From IMG/VR virus record IMGVR_UViG_3300044983_000270, positions 1-38,872 of that record: 38,872 bases of DNA. One strand, 5' to 3'. Positions 1 to 7,270 of the stretch are shown here, piece after piece (within the stretch, counting starts at the first letter, position 1; each line of letters starts with the position of its first letter). This DNA comes from a virus (taxonomy: Duplodnaviria > Caudoviricetes). The notes below the pieces were generated by a model. It made no database searches and had not been told where the DNA came from. It saw only the letters and a program-made list of their open reading frames with translations. The position numbers and the translations under genes were made by a program.

Positions 1-97
1 TTGATTGTAATTTTTCCCTTAGTTCCCCACACTCTTGTCTTTGTTGTTCTTGTAAACAATGCCATGATATTATTTTCCACTACCGGTGGCCGCGGGT

Positions 98-643
98 TTA
101 ATTGTGTTTTGTGTTTGTGCTCAAACCGTCGGCTGTCCAGTGTGAATCCTGTATAAGCCGAAAGGTTTTTACAATTGCATATCCAATAACTTTTACATAC
201 TCGTATTTTACACCATAGTCATCTGCGTTTAAAGCGGTCATGACTTTTTGTTCCAGCTTTTCAGGAGTTGATTCACCCAAATCATTTGATGATACATGCT
301 TCGCTATTTCTCCCATGATGATATTGGATATCGTACTTTCTGCCTGGAACATGCGCTGATAAAGTGTTTCAATATTTGATATAGAGTATCCCGCGCAAAC
401 TACTATTGTAAGGGTTTTACCATCTCTTGTGGCGATTGTTTGCGGCGCCATTTGTACAACTCTAAGACGAGTGGATTGAAGAAAAATAGTATCGACAAAG
501 GGGATTCTGAAGTAAGTGCCTGCTGATAAAATTTTTATTTTCTTGCCCAGTCGTACCCTTATAGCCATTTCCCATGGCATTATTATAACCCACCATTGAA
601 ATATCCTGGTTAAATAGTCAAGAGTGTCTTTTATAAAGTTCAT
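98..643 (-). CDS. SPFH/Band-7 (stomatin/prohibitin-like) domain protein
   Basis: Motifs WVIIMPWEMAIRVRLGK..GTYFRIPFVDTI and QTIATRDG are typical of SPFH N-termini. Confidence 0.75.
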   Translation of the reverse strand: MNFIKDTLDYLTRIFQWWVIIMPWEMAIRVRLGKKIKILSAGTYFRIPFVDTIFLQSTRLRVVQMAPQTIATRDGKTLTIVVCAGYSISNIETLYQRMFQAESTISNIIMGEIAKHVSSNDLGESTPEKLEQKVMTALNADDYGVKYEYVKVIGYAIVKTFRLIQDSHWTADGLSTNTKHN

Positions 644-647
644 TTTA

Positions 648-1028
648 TTATTTTAAAATTGGTGCGTGATTGATGGTGTCTCCAAGTACATACCGCCAGC
701 ATTCATATTGTATAGTGTCTTTACCATTGTTTGTGGTACCGATCGGCGGACAGGTTGGTTTACCTAACCAATTATCACCTCGTGCAATTTCGTTTAAGAC
801 CAGCTGCAGGTTTCGGCCACACACTGTATCTACAAATGGAACTCCTGCAAACCGCTTTGGCCAAAGTGTATCGGCAACAGAATTGATAAGGCTTTTATCT
901 TTCCTGTATTTAAAGGATAATAAACAAGCCCGGTCGCATTGTACAGTAGTGCGTGGTGCCGGCAGCTGGGTTTTGCTGCATGATGCAAGCATCAATGCAA
1001 TAATGATAGATAAGATTTGTGTCGTCAT
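648..1028 (-). CDS. Putative lipoprotein
   Basis: Hydrophobic N-terminus ending in lipobox LASC; in operon orientation. Confidence 0.55.
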   Translation of the reverse strand: MTTQILSIIIALMLASCSKTQLPAPRTTVQCDRACLLSFKYRKDKSLINSVADTLWPKRFAGVPFVDTVCGRNLQLVLNEIARGDNWLGKPTCPPIGTTNNGKDTIQYECWRYVLGDTINHAPILK

Positions 1029-1041
1029 GATTTATATGGTT

Positions 1042-1548
1042 TTATTTTTTACAAGCTGAGCATAGATCTATCTCAACCCAATGACAGGGTGCGCCATTTC
1101 TTGCAATGCACTGCCTGCAATCTTCGTTTGTGCAGCCACATTCACGACATTTTGCTTTGCGCTGCCAGTAGATTATTTCTCCTTTGAAGGGGAGCTGGTG
1201 TGTTCTTCTCCACCAGGTGAACATAAGATCGAAAGATCCTTTTGGGTTTTGCTCTTTGGATCCACTTCTAAAACTAAAACCATCTGCCCAGGCTAAATGG
1301 TCTTTTTCTTTATCGGTAAGCGTTTTGTTATTAACAAGCACAGTCCCATTTTTCCGAATTACAATTGAGGACACGGCAATGATCTCTGACTGACCAAGCT
1401 TTCTGCAATACTTTGTTCTCAAGCCAAAAAATAAATATGCAGTTTGCCCGGGACGGGTTTTGTATCGGCGTTTCTTTCGTATGGTTTGGTTCTTTGATCC
1501 ATCAAGGACCATAGGAACAAATAGCGGTTTGAATGAGTATGCTGGCAT
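1042..1548 (-). CDS. ASCH/PUA-like domain protein with C-terminal Cys-rich zinc-binding module
   Basis: SFKPLFVPMVLDGSKNQTIR is ASCH-like (G-K-x-x-T-I-R); C-terminal CRECGC..C..C..CHW....CSAC. Confidence 0.65.
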   Translation of the reverse strand: MPAYSFKPLFVPMVLDGSKNQTIRKKRRYKTRPGQTAYLFFGLRTKYCRKLGQSEIIAVSSIVIRKNGTVLVNNKTLTDKEKDHLAWADGFSFRSGSKEQNPKGSFDLMFTWWRRTHQLPFKGEIIYWQRKAKCRECGCTNEDCRQCIARNGAPCHWVEIDLCSACKK

Positions 1549-1643
1549 AAGATTTTTGTTTTAAAGAGAAGGGCGGGAATGTTTGCTTAGGGGCCAACCT
1601 TAGTTTTAAACACTCCCGGCACCTTCTGTTGCTACTGATCAGA

Positions 1644-2129
1644 TCATGCAGGATTATCCTGCGGCTCTCCAACGTTGACACCGAAGCCAACCGCCATTTC
1701 TGCTTCGACGACTACCGGAAGCGTTCCTTCGATAGGAACTACGCCGTCACCTAAGTCCGCATCGGCTTTTACTTTTACAGTTGCAAAGCCGGGTGTGAGG
1801 AAATTCAATTTGAATTTCGTTTCATCGGTCGGATCTTCTTCAACCGTACACACATCCGTGTTATCGCTTTCATATTCTACACTGTCTGCCTGCACTTTTG
1901 CGGCATTGCCGTGACGATCCTGCGGTGATACGGTACCTGTTGCGAATTGATTGGGTTTAGCAATTACTGCCATGAGACCTCCTTTGATTTTGATTTGATT
2001 TATAATTAACTCCCAGATCAGCCCGGGAGTTTGTCCCGATGTACTACCAGCTTTGCCCAGCATGTATACAACAATTATTATTGCTGCGATGATGGCGATG
2101 CCGATGATTGTGTTTGCACTTGTTCCCAT
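1644..2129 (-). CDS. Membrane-anchored, acidic, Ig-like beta-sandwich protein (alternative start 1973)
   Basis: N-terminal TM (IIGIAIIAAIIIVVY); YESDNTDVCTV...GFATVKVKADA resembles Big-2 type Ig domains. Confidence 0.5.
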   Translation of the reverse strand: MGTSANTIIGIAIIAAIIIVVYMLGKAGSTSGQTPGLIWELIINQIKIKGGLMAVIAKPNQFATGTVSPQDRHGNAAKVQADSVEYESDNTDVCTVEEDPTDETKFKLNFLTPGFATVKVKADADLGDGVVPIEGTLPVVVEAEMAVGFGVNVGEPQDNPA

Positions 2130-2235
2130 TGTGATGTTTGTTTATTGCATTCAGAAATGATGTATGATAAAGTGAATATCATGATGAGCCATGACAGCCA
2201 CTCGTTACGCTTAAAGAATGGTGGATATTTTGCGT

Positions 2236-2391
2236 TCATGGTGTTTCGTTTTTTTGTGATCGTACCAGGTCAATAAAAAGAGCCAGTAAAAGAAAAGCCG
2301 GGATTAAAACAGGTGATACCGGTACTTGTGTCGCCATAGACACAAAAGCAGATCCAGCAAAGAGTGCAAAGAGTGTGTTTAAGAATCTCAT
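2236..2391 (-). CDS. Small hydrophobic protein (51 aa), not in the ORF track
   Basis: MRFLNTLFALFAGSAF...PAFLLLALFIDL; ATGA overlap with the stop of the upstream polX-like gene. Confidence 0.45.
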   Translation of the reverse strand: MRFLNTLFALFAGSAFVSMATQVPVSPVLIPAFLLLALFIDLVRSQKNETP

Positions 2392-3044
2392 CTTGTTTGG
2401 TTTTGTTGTTGATTGTATTTTCGATGCTCCGGATCGATGTATGCAAGACCCAACCAGGTGAAGAATTCACCTTCTGTTTTCCATACCGGTGGCAGTGTTG
2501 GATTTTTTATTGCTGGATTTAGCGTCCATCCTTTTTCATTACTGCCAATACATTCACCACGCTTGCGCAATCCAATATTTTTTGCACCGACCCAACCTTT
2601 ACGTGACCAGGCACCAGCCAGTATATGATGTGAGTATTCGGCACTACCGGTACGAATGGCATATTGCCTGTAGTAATCACCCGGCTGCGGCATGAACAGA
2701 TCCAGCTCGATACCAGGACAGGTTTGTGAAGTAGTGATAATCTTCATCATACGGCCTTCAACATTCCCGTATTTGATCTCCTTTGTTATGGTCATGAACG
2801 CCTCGACAAAGTTGCGATCGGTAACGAGCGCAGTGTCTTCAGGAAATAAGCCAACCTTCTTTTCTTCTTTTTTTGGTATGCATACAATTTCGATATCACT
2901 CACTTGCAGCTCCAGCCTGCGGATGCTGCCGGCGAGATGTATTTTTTCACAATGCGGCTCCAGCAGCTGATAGATGTGTGCGGCCACACGCTGCGCTTTG
3001 TCGAAAGCGAAGTAGGTTTTTTGTTTTGTTGGTTGGGTTGTCAT
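2388..3044 (-). CDS. DNA polymerase X/beta-like nucleotidyltransferase (palm and thumb only)
   Basis: AGSIRR...SDIEIV catalytic motif, ELDLF third carboxylate, RTGS thumb motif, E..F..LGL.YI.PE.R C-terminus. Confidence 0.8.
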   Translation of the reverse strand: MTTQPTKQKTYFAFDKAQRVAAHIYQLLEPHCEKIHLAGSIRRLELQVSDIEIVCIPKKEEKKVGLFPEDTALVTDRNFVEAFMTITKEIKYGNVEGRMMKIITTSQTCPGIELDLFMPQPGDYYRQYAIRTGSAEYSHHILAGAWSRKGWVGAKNIGLRKRGECIGSNEKGWTLNPAIKNPTLPPVWKTEGEFFTWLGLAYIDPEHRKYNQQQNQTR

Positions 3045-3271
3045 GGTTGTTTGATTACAAGGATTGCTTTTGTGTTTTGATGCTCTGCCATGTTGAGGCG
3101 ATTGAGTAATGCATCAAATTTTTTTTCCCATAGTTCCTTTTTTTGTTTTGCCTGGTAACCGAAATGAACATGCCAGTACTTTTGTGCGAACCGCATGTTG
3201 TGCCCGATATGCGCCAGTTCCAGGAATAGTTCCTTTAATTCTTGTTCGCTATCTATGTGGATGGTTGGCAT
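3041..3271 (-). CDS. Hypothetical phage protein
   Basis: Tightly packed in operon; 4-bp overlap with the next gene. Confidence 0.6.
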   Translation of the reverse strand: MPTIHIDSEQELKELFLELAHIGHNMRFAQKYWHVHFGYQAKQKKELWEKKFDALLNRLNMAEHQNTKAILVIKQP

Positions 3272-3272
3272 G

Positions 3273-3743
3273 TCATTTAAAATTTGATACTTTCTTCCAT
3301 GGGCGATCCGGTACTATTTCGAATCGCTTGTGTTGATTCATGAATTTTTGTTTTTCCTTTTCAGGATCCTGGCCAGGGCGAATGAATATGCAAGTCTTTG
3401 CGTCGATGCGGACACAGATCATTTCTTTCAGGTTGACTTCTTTTGTCTGATACTTTGATGTTTCTGGTTTTTTAATGATCGCATCACGCATGCGCTTGGA
3501 TGTTTTGTCCTGGTCCTTGAATCGCTGGCTGTTCTTTTTCTTTAGGTCCTTTTTTATTTGTGCATTGTGCAGCCGATCAGTAAGAGATAGTTTACCAAGT
3601 ATCGGCGTCTGTTCTTTGATAATACCCAATACTTGCTGCTCGGGTTTGTCAACTATCGATGCGATATCCTTGACGGATTTTTTTGACATTAATCCCTGAA
3701 TCAGCCGAAGCTCCAGTATCGATATATTATTTGCCGCTTGCAA
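3273..3743 (-). CDS. Hypothetical protein with possible N-terminal HTH
   Basis: KKSVKDIASIVDKPEQQV is an HTH-like segment; operon packing. Confidence 0.55.
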   Translation of the reverse strand: MQAANNISILELRLIQGLMSKKSVKDIASIVDKPEQQVLGIIKEQTPILGKLSLTDRLHNAQIKKDLKKKNSQRFKDQDKTSKRMRDAIIKKPETSKYQTKEVNLKEMICVRIDAKTCIFIRPGQDPEKEKQKFMNQHKRFEIVPDRPWKKVSNFK

Positions 3744-3990
3744 TTTGTTTTGTATCCTTTACTGGTTTTAGTTGAATTGTTTTGCCGGCTTTTGGTGGAC
3801 GATTGCCAAATGCAGCTGCCTTCACCATGTCAACCTCCTGCTTGTGTGAGTTGACTATAACAGTGGCCACACGGGAAAGTGCTTCAGCCCTGGATATTTC
3901 TTTTTCCAGATCAACTTTGGGATCTGCGAGTTTGTTCATTTGATTGAACAAAATTTTTCTAAGCTCTAAGGCTTCATTGTTGTTGCTCAT
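3727..3990 (-). CDS. Small helical phage protein coupled to the HNH-like gene
   Basis: LFNQMNKL...EISRAEALSRVATVIVNS; ATGA overlap with the upstream gene. Confidence 0.6.
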   Translation of the reverse strand: MSNNNEALELRKILFNQMNKLADPKVDLEKEISRAEALSRVATVIVNSHKQEVDMVKAAAFGNRPPKAGKTIQLKPVKDTKQIASGK

Positions 3991-4862
3991 GTTGTTTTAG
4001 ATTTTATTGTTCGGTTTAATTTTAACTGTGCTCTTTTCAGTTCAATCAGATCTTTATTTTTCAATACATCCTCGTACACATCCATCCCTGTTCTCCCAAC
4101 AATCGTGAACGCAACATATCCGTCAGTTAATCTCAGGCTTGAGCTATTGCGTTTCATATTGTCAACCTTCGTCATCAGATACCAATTGGATGGCTTGCAA
4201 TTGAGAGTATTACCATCTTTGCAGGCAAGCACATGTCCTTTTGGAACCGGACCGTTTTTCTTTTCCCAATTATATATCTGAAGCTCTTTCCATATTCCCT
4301 TGGAGATTCGGATGTATTTATGCGGCTGCTCGTTTCTATCTTTTCGCTGGCGAATAGTAATAGCACCATCATGCAATGAATTGTGATTGATGTTGCCTTT
4401 TTTAAACCTGGTGTCTGCTGTTTTGGCAATTGCCTCAGCACTCATGTACTCAGTTTGCTTTTTGCCTTTGTTAAGAGGTACATGACCCTTTTTAATTCTT
4501 GCTTCGGCGATGAATTTTTTAATAATGTGTCGCGGTGTTTTCAATCCCAACTGCCGCATTCTTGTAGCCACAAACGTGTCATTTCTTCCGATGATCGTTG
4601 CCATTCTTTTTAACGGGACCTTCAGATAACTGCGTTTGAGATATCGATCGATCTTAGGAGTAGAGCTTGTTATTCCTCTCAGTTTATCAGATCTGAATTT
4701 TGCCGATACTTTCTTAGGTACCTTCAATCCTAATTGCTTTTTTATTCGGTGGCAAGCGCCATCGTGCAGACCCAATTTGATGTCCATATCATGGCCGGAC
4801 ATCTTCAGGTAGTTCCGCCTGATGAAGTTTTTTTGCTTGTATGTTAATATCATCTTTGGCAT
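3987..4862 (-). CDS. HNH-endonuclease-like protein with N-terminal DNA-binding repeats
   Basis: KKGHVPLNKG and TRFKKG repeats; W.KKNGPVPKGHVLACKDGNTLNC..SN...DNMKRN beta-beta-alpha region, partly degenerate. Confidence 0.7.
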   Translation of the reverse strand: MPKMILTYKQKNFIRRNYLKMSGHDMDIKLGLHDGACHRIKKQLGLKVPKKVSAKFRSDKLRGITSSTPKIDRYLKRSYLKVPLKRMATIIGRNDTFVATRMRQLGLKTPRHIIKKFIAEARIKKGHVPLNKGKKQTEYMSAEAIAKTADTRFKKGNINHNSLHDGAITIRQRKDRNEQPHKYIRISKGIWKELQIYNWEKKNGPVPKGHVLACKDGNTLNCKPSNWYLMTKVDNMKRNSSSLRLTDGYVAFTIVGRTGMDVYEDVLKNKDLIELKRAQLKLNRTIKSKTT

Positions 4863-4863
4863 A

Positions 4864-5163
4864 TCATGTGAATTCGTATCGTTCGTTTTCTTGTACTATG
4901 ATTGTTTTGAATGGAAAGCTTTCAATGGGTACTTGTTTTATTTGATCCATGAGCGTAATGGATGCGCACCAGGTGATGTATTTGATCCCGTTGACTTCGA
5001 TCTGCAGATCCAAGCGCTGGCCATGGCCTTTGTCATATTTTGATTTTACGATCCGGAACCGATGAACTGATATCTCTTTGTTCAGGATCCTGACGATCTT
5101 GATCCGCTCACCAGTGAATGCCGGCGCCGGGGGTGCGATGTTTAAGTTTTTAAACAGATTCAT
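4864..5163 (-). CDS. Candidate DGR accessory protein (non-Avd, predicted beta-rich, 99 aa)
   Basis: Overlaps the RT 3' end by 14 bp; alternating hydrophobic beta-strand pattern unlike the helical Avd. Confidence 0.6.
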   Translation of the reverse strand: MNLFKNLNIAPPAPAFTGERIKIVRILNKEISVHRFRIVKSKYDKGHGQRLDLQIEVNGIKYITWCASITLMDQIKQVPIESFPFKTIIVQENERYEFT

Positions 5164-6109
5164 GCAATAAGGTTTTGATTAAATGGTTGCTGTTACAATG
5201 TTTTGCCCAACCCATATAGCTTGCGATGGATGCCGTGTTCTTTTGCATGGCAATCATTCGTGCAAAGTTTTTCTTAATGGTTTTTCTGAGGCGGATATGT
5301 GTGTGATAGAACACATATCCAACGAAGTCAATTCCTCTTGCCTCTACAGGGAATATCTGGTATGTTTCTTTCACCTGCAGTTTTAGTCGATCACTTAAAT
5401 AATTTTTGATACCGGATAGCAGTGTGTGAAGCTGCTGTTTGCCTGGAGCGAGAATAACCAAGTCATCAGCATAGCGGAAATAGTATTTTACTTTCTGCTC
5501 TTCCTTGATCCAGTGATCAAAGTAGGTGAGATAAAAGTTTGAAAGATATTGGCTGAGATAATTGCCGATCGGCAGACCAGGTGCGCTGTCAATTATTTCA
5601 TCCAGCAGCCAGATAAGATCTGGATCTTTAAATTTCCGTCTCAGCAATGATTTCAATACATGATGATCAATGGACGGATAAAACTTTTTAATATCTAGCT
5701 TCAGGCAATATTGCGTGCCTGGTACATCACGAAGCGCAGTCCTGACTTTATAAGCCGCTGCATGTATACCACGTTTCTTAATGCAGCTATATGTATCGGA
5801 TGTAAATGCTGCAACAAAGATTGGCTCCAAGATATTCATTACGGCATGATGAACTATGCGATGCGGGAAGTATGGCAATCGGAATATTTCTCTTTCTTTA
5901 GGCTCATATATTTTGAATGTTTGGTACCCGGATGTTCTATAGGTTTTGTTCAATAACTGTTGCTGCAGCTGTAAAATGTTTTGCTCGTTATTTTTCATAT
6001 GAAGCTGCACTCCGTATTGCCAATGCTTACCCTTGCCGGCTCGCTGATCAGCCAGCTGCAGGTTTTCTATGGTGCAAATGCTTTGATATATATTTCCGAT
6101 CCGTTTCAT
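5150..6109 (-). CDS. DGR reverse transcriptase
   Basis: LKLDIKKFYPSIDH, GLPIGNYLSQ (DGR-type SQ motif), YFRYADD, GIDFVGY; 319 aa with no maturase or endonuclease domain; adjacent TR and VRs. Confidence 0.97.
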   Translation of the reverse strand: MKRIGNIYQSICTIENLQLADQRAGKGKHWQYGVQLHMKNNEQNILQLQQQLLNKTYRTSGYQTFKIYEPKEREIFRLPYFPHRIVHHAVMNILEPIFVAAFTSDTYSCIKKRGIHAAAYKVRTALRDVPGTQYCLKLDIKKFYPSIDHHVLKSLLRRKFKDPDLIWLLDEIIDSAPGLPIGNYLSQYLSNFYLTYFDHWIKEEQKVKYYFRYADDLVILAPGKQQLHTLLSGIKNYLSDRLKLQVKETYQIFPVEARGIDFVGYVFYHTHIRLRKTIKKNFARMIAMQKNTASIASYMGWAKHCNSNHLIKTLLHESV

Positions 6110-6310
6110 TGACTTTGCTTTTTAAAACTGGTGTTCACTTTCATTACCAACCAGCTCTAATCTTGAATCATTTTTTGCGACTGTTGGCAGGGTTTGTATT
6201 GCTTTAGTTTAGCATAGGTGAACGCTGACATTCGAATTCGAGTTCCAGTTATCGTAATCGTTGTACGAGAGCCTGAAGCCTGAGACAGCGACAACGCAAT
6301 ACACAACCGG
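6110..6310 (-). ncRNA. DGR template RNA (5' leader, TR and spacer)
   Basis: Interval between target 1 and the RT containing the TR; 6296-6308 is complementary to 6191-6202; second hairpin near 6125-6156. Confidence 0.7.
6211..6284 (-). repeat. DGR template repeat (TR)
   Basis: CTCAGGCTTCAGGCTCTCGTACAACGATTACGATAACTGGAACTCGAATTCGAATGTCAGCGTTCACCTATGCT; rich in AAC/AAT codons, 19 adenines; ungapped match to two VRs. Confidence 0.96.
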
Positions 6311-6315
6311 TTTAA

Positions 6316-6759
6316 TTATGTATATAATTGATGATCGATATGCATTTTCAAAAAATGTTCTGCGAAAAATTTTTGCATGTCCCAATTGGGAAAGCAAAGG
6401 CGAACGCCGACACTCGAAGTCGAGAGCCCGTAATCGTAATCGTGGTACGAGAGCCCGAAGCCCGAGGGTCTCTTCTTATCGGCCTTTACGCGGAAGACAG
6501 GGAATCGCTTGTATTCATTCGTGTCTGTATAATCTGGCCGCCTGTTATCTTTTATTGCTTCGGCAATAATTGATAGCTGATAATCACGAACGATTCTTTT
6601 CTGATGTCTTTTTGCAATGCTTTTTACGATCGGCAATTTTGTTGGATCATCGCCCGTTATTTCGCAGGCATCTTCAAATGAGAGAACTTCATTTGGAAGA
6701 TTGTCGGGGCCGACCCCATACTTGGTGCAGAGCTTGATGAATTTTTTACTATGTGTCAT
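6316..6759 (-). CDS. DGR target protein 1 (147 aa; VR near the C-terminus, CLec-like GVRLCF end)
   Basis: Contains VR1 in frame: SGFGLSYHDYDYGLSTSSVGVRLCF. Confidence 0.92.
   Translation of the reverse strand: MTHSKKFIKLCTKYGVGPDNLPNEVLSFEDACEITGDDPTKLPIVKSIAKRHQKRIVRDYQLSIIAEAIKDNRRPDYTDTNEYKRFPVFRVKADKKRPSGFGLSYHDYDYGLSTSSVGVRLCFPNWDMQKFFAEHFLKMHIDHQLYT
6393..6466 (-). repeat. DGR variable repeat VR1
   Basis: 62/74 identical to the TR; 11 of 12 mismatches are at TR adenines. Confidence 0.95.
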
Positions 6760-6770
6760 ATTGGTTGGGT

Positions 6771-7259
6771 TTACCTGATTTTTAAATCTTCGTACACGTC
6801 ATTGAATTTTTTGCCGGCATCAATCGCATGATCAGGATTGAAAAAGCAAAGGCGAACGCCGACATCCGAACCCGAGCTCCAGTTACCGTAAACGTCGAAC
6901 GAGAGCCCGAAGCCCGAGGGTTTGGAAGGATCCTTCACGATCTTGTGCCATGGAAAGTGTTTCCACTGATCTGTATTGCCGGCATCAAGAACATTATCCT
7001 GATTGTACGTCTTAGCAATAAGCTTTCCTTTACGATATGCCAGTTCATCGATCGTTTCACCTGGTCGCAGATTATAATCATTTGCATTCGCGCCACTGAG
7101 ACGGATGATATCATCCCAGCCGCTTATTTCATCGCAGATGTTGCGTCGTGTGAACGCAATTGAAGGAAAGAAAAGCTTTAAAGCTTTTTGTATATCTGAG
7201 CAACCGCAGTTGTTGTATGCGTTGATCAGATCTTGTTTTTTGAGTTCAACTGTTTCCAT
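6771..7259 (-). CDS. DGR target protein 2 (162 aa), paralog of target 1
   Basis: Contains VR2 in frame: SGFGLSFDVYGNWSSGSDVGVRLCF. Confidence 0.92.
   Translation of the reverse strand: METVELKKQDLINAYNNCGCSDIQKALKLFFPSIAFTRRNICDEISGWDDIIRLSGANANDYNLRPGETIDELAYRKGKLIAKTYNQDNVLDAGNTDQWKHFPWHKIVKDPSKPSGFGLSFDVYGNWSSGSDVGVRLCFFNPDHAIDAGKKFNDVYEDLKIR
6845..6918 (-). repeat. DGR variable repeat VR2
   Basis: 61/74 identical to the TR; all 13 mismatches are at TR adenines. Confidence 0.96.
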
Positions 7260-7270
7260 GATTTATAGTT

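Noticed and set aside
1-65. Start of a further minus-strand gene (MALFTRTTK...), possibly an integrase
   Set aside because: Only about 21 codons are visible, so no function can be assigned.
5150-6109. RT as a group II intron, retron or Abi RT
   Set aside because: It is short, lacks a maturase/endonuclease domain and the retron VTG motif, has the SQ motif, and TR/VR pairs are adjacent.
6209-6397. 62-aa ORF spanning the TR as a protein gene or third target
   Set aside because: It overlaps target 1 out of frame and simply reads through the TR, which is naturally stop-free in the VR frame.
6211-6918. Three similar repeats as a CRISPR array or simple duplication
   Set aside because: Spacing is irregular, two copies are in frame within genes, and mismatches are adenine-specific; no cas genes are present.
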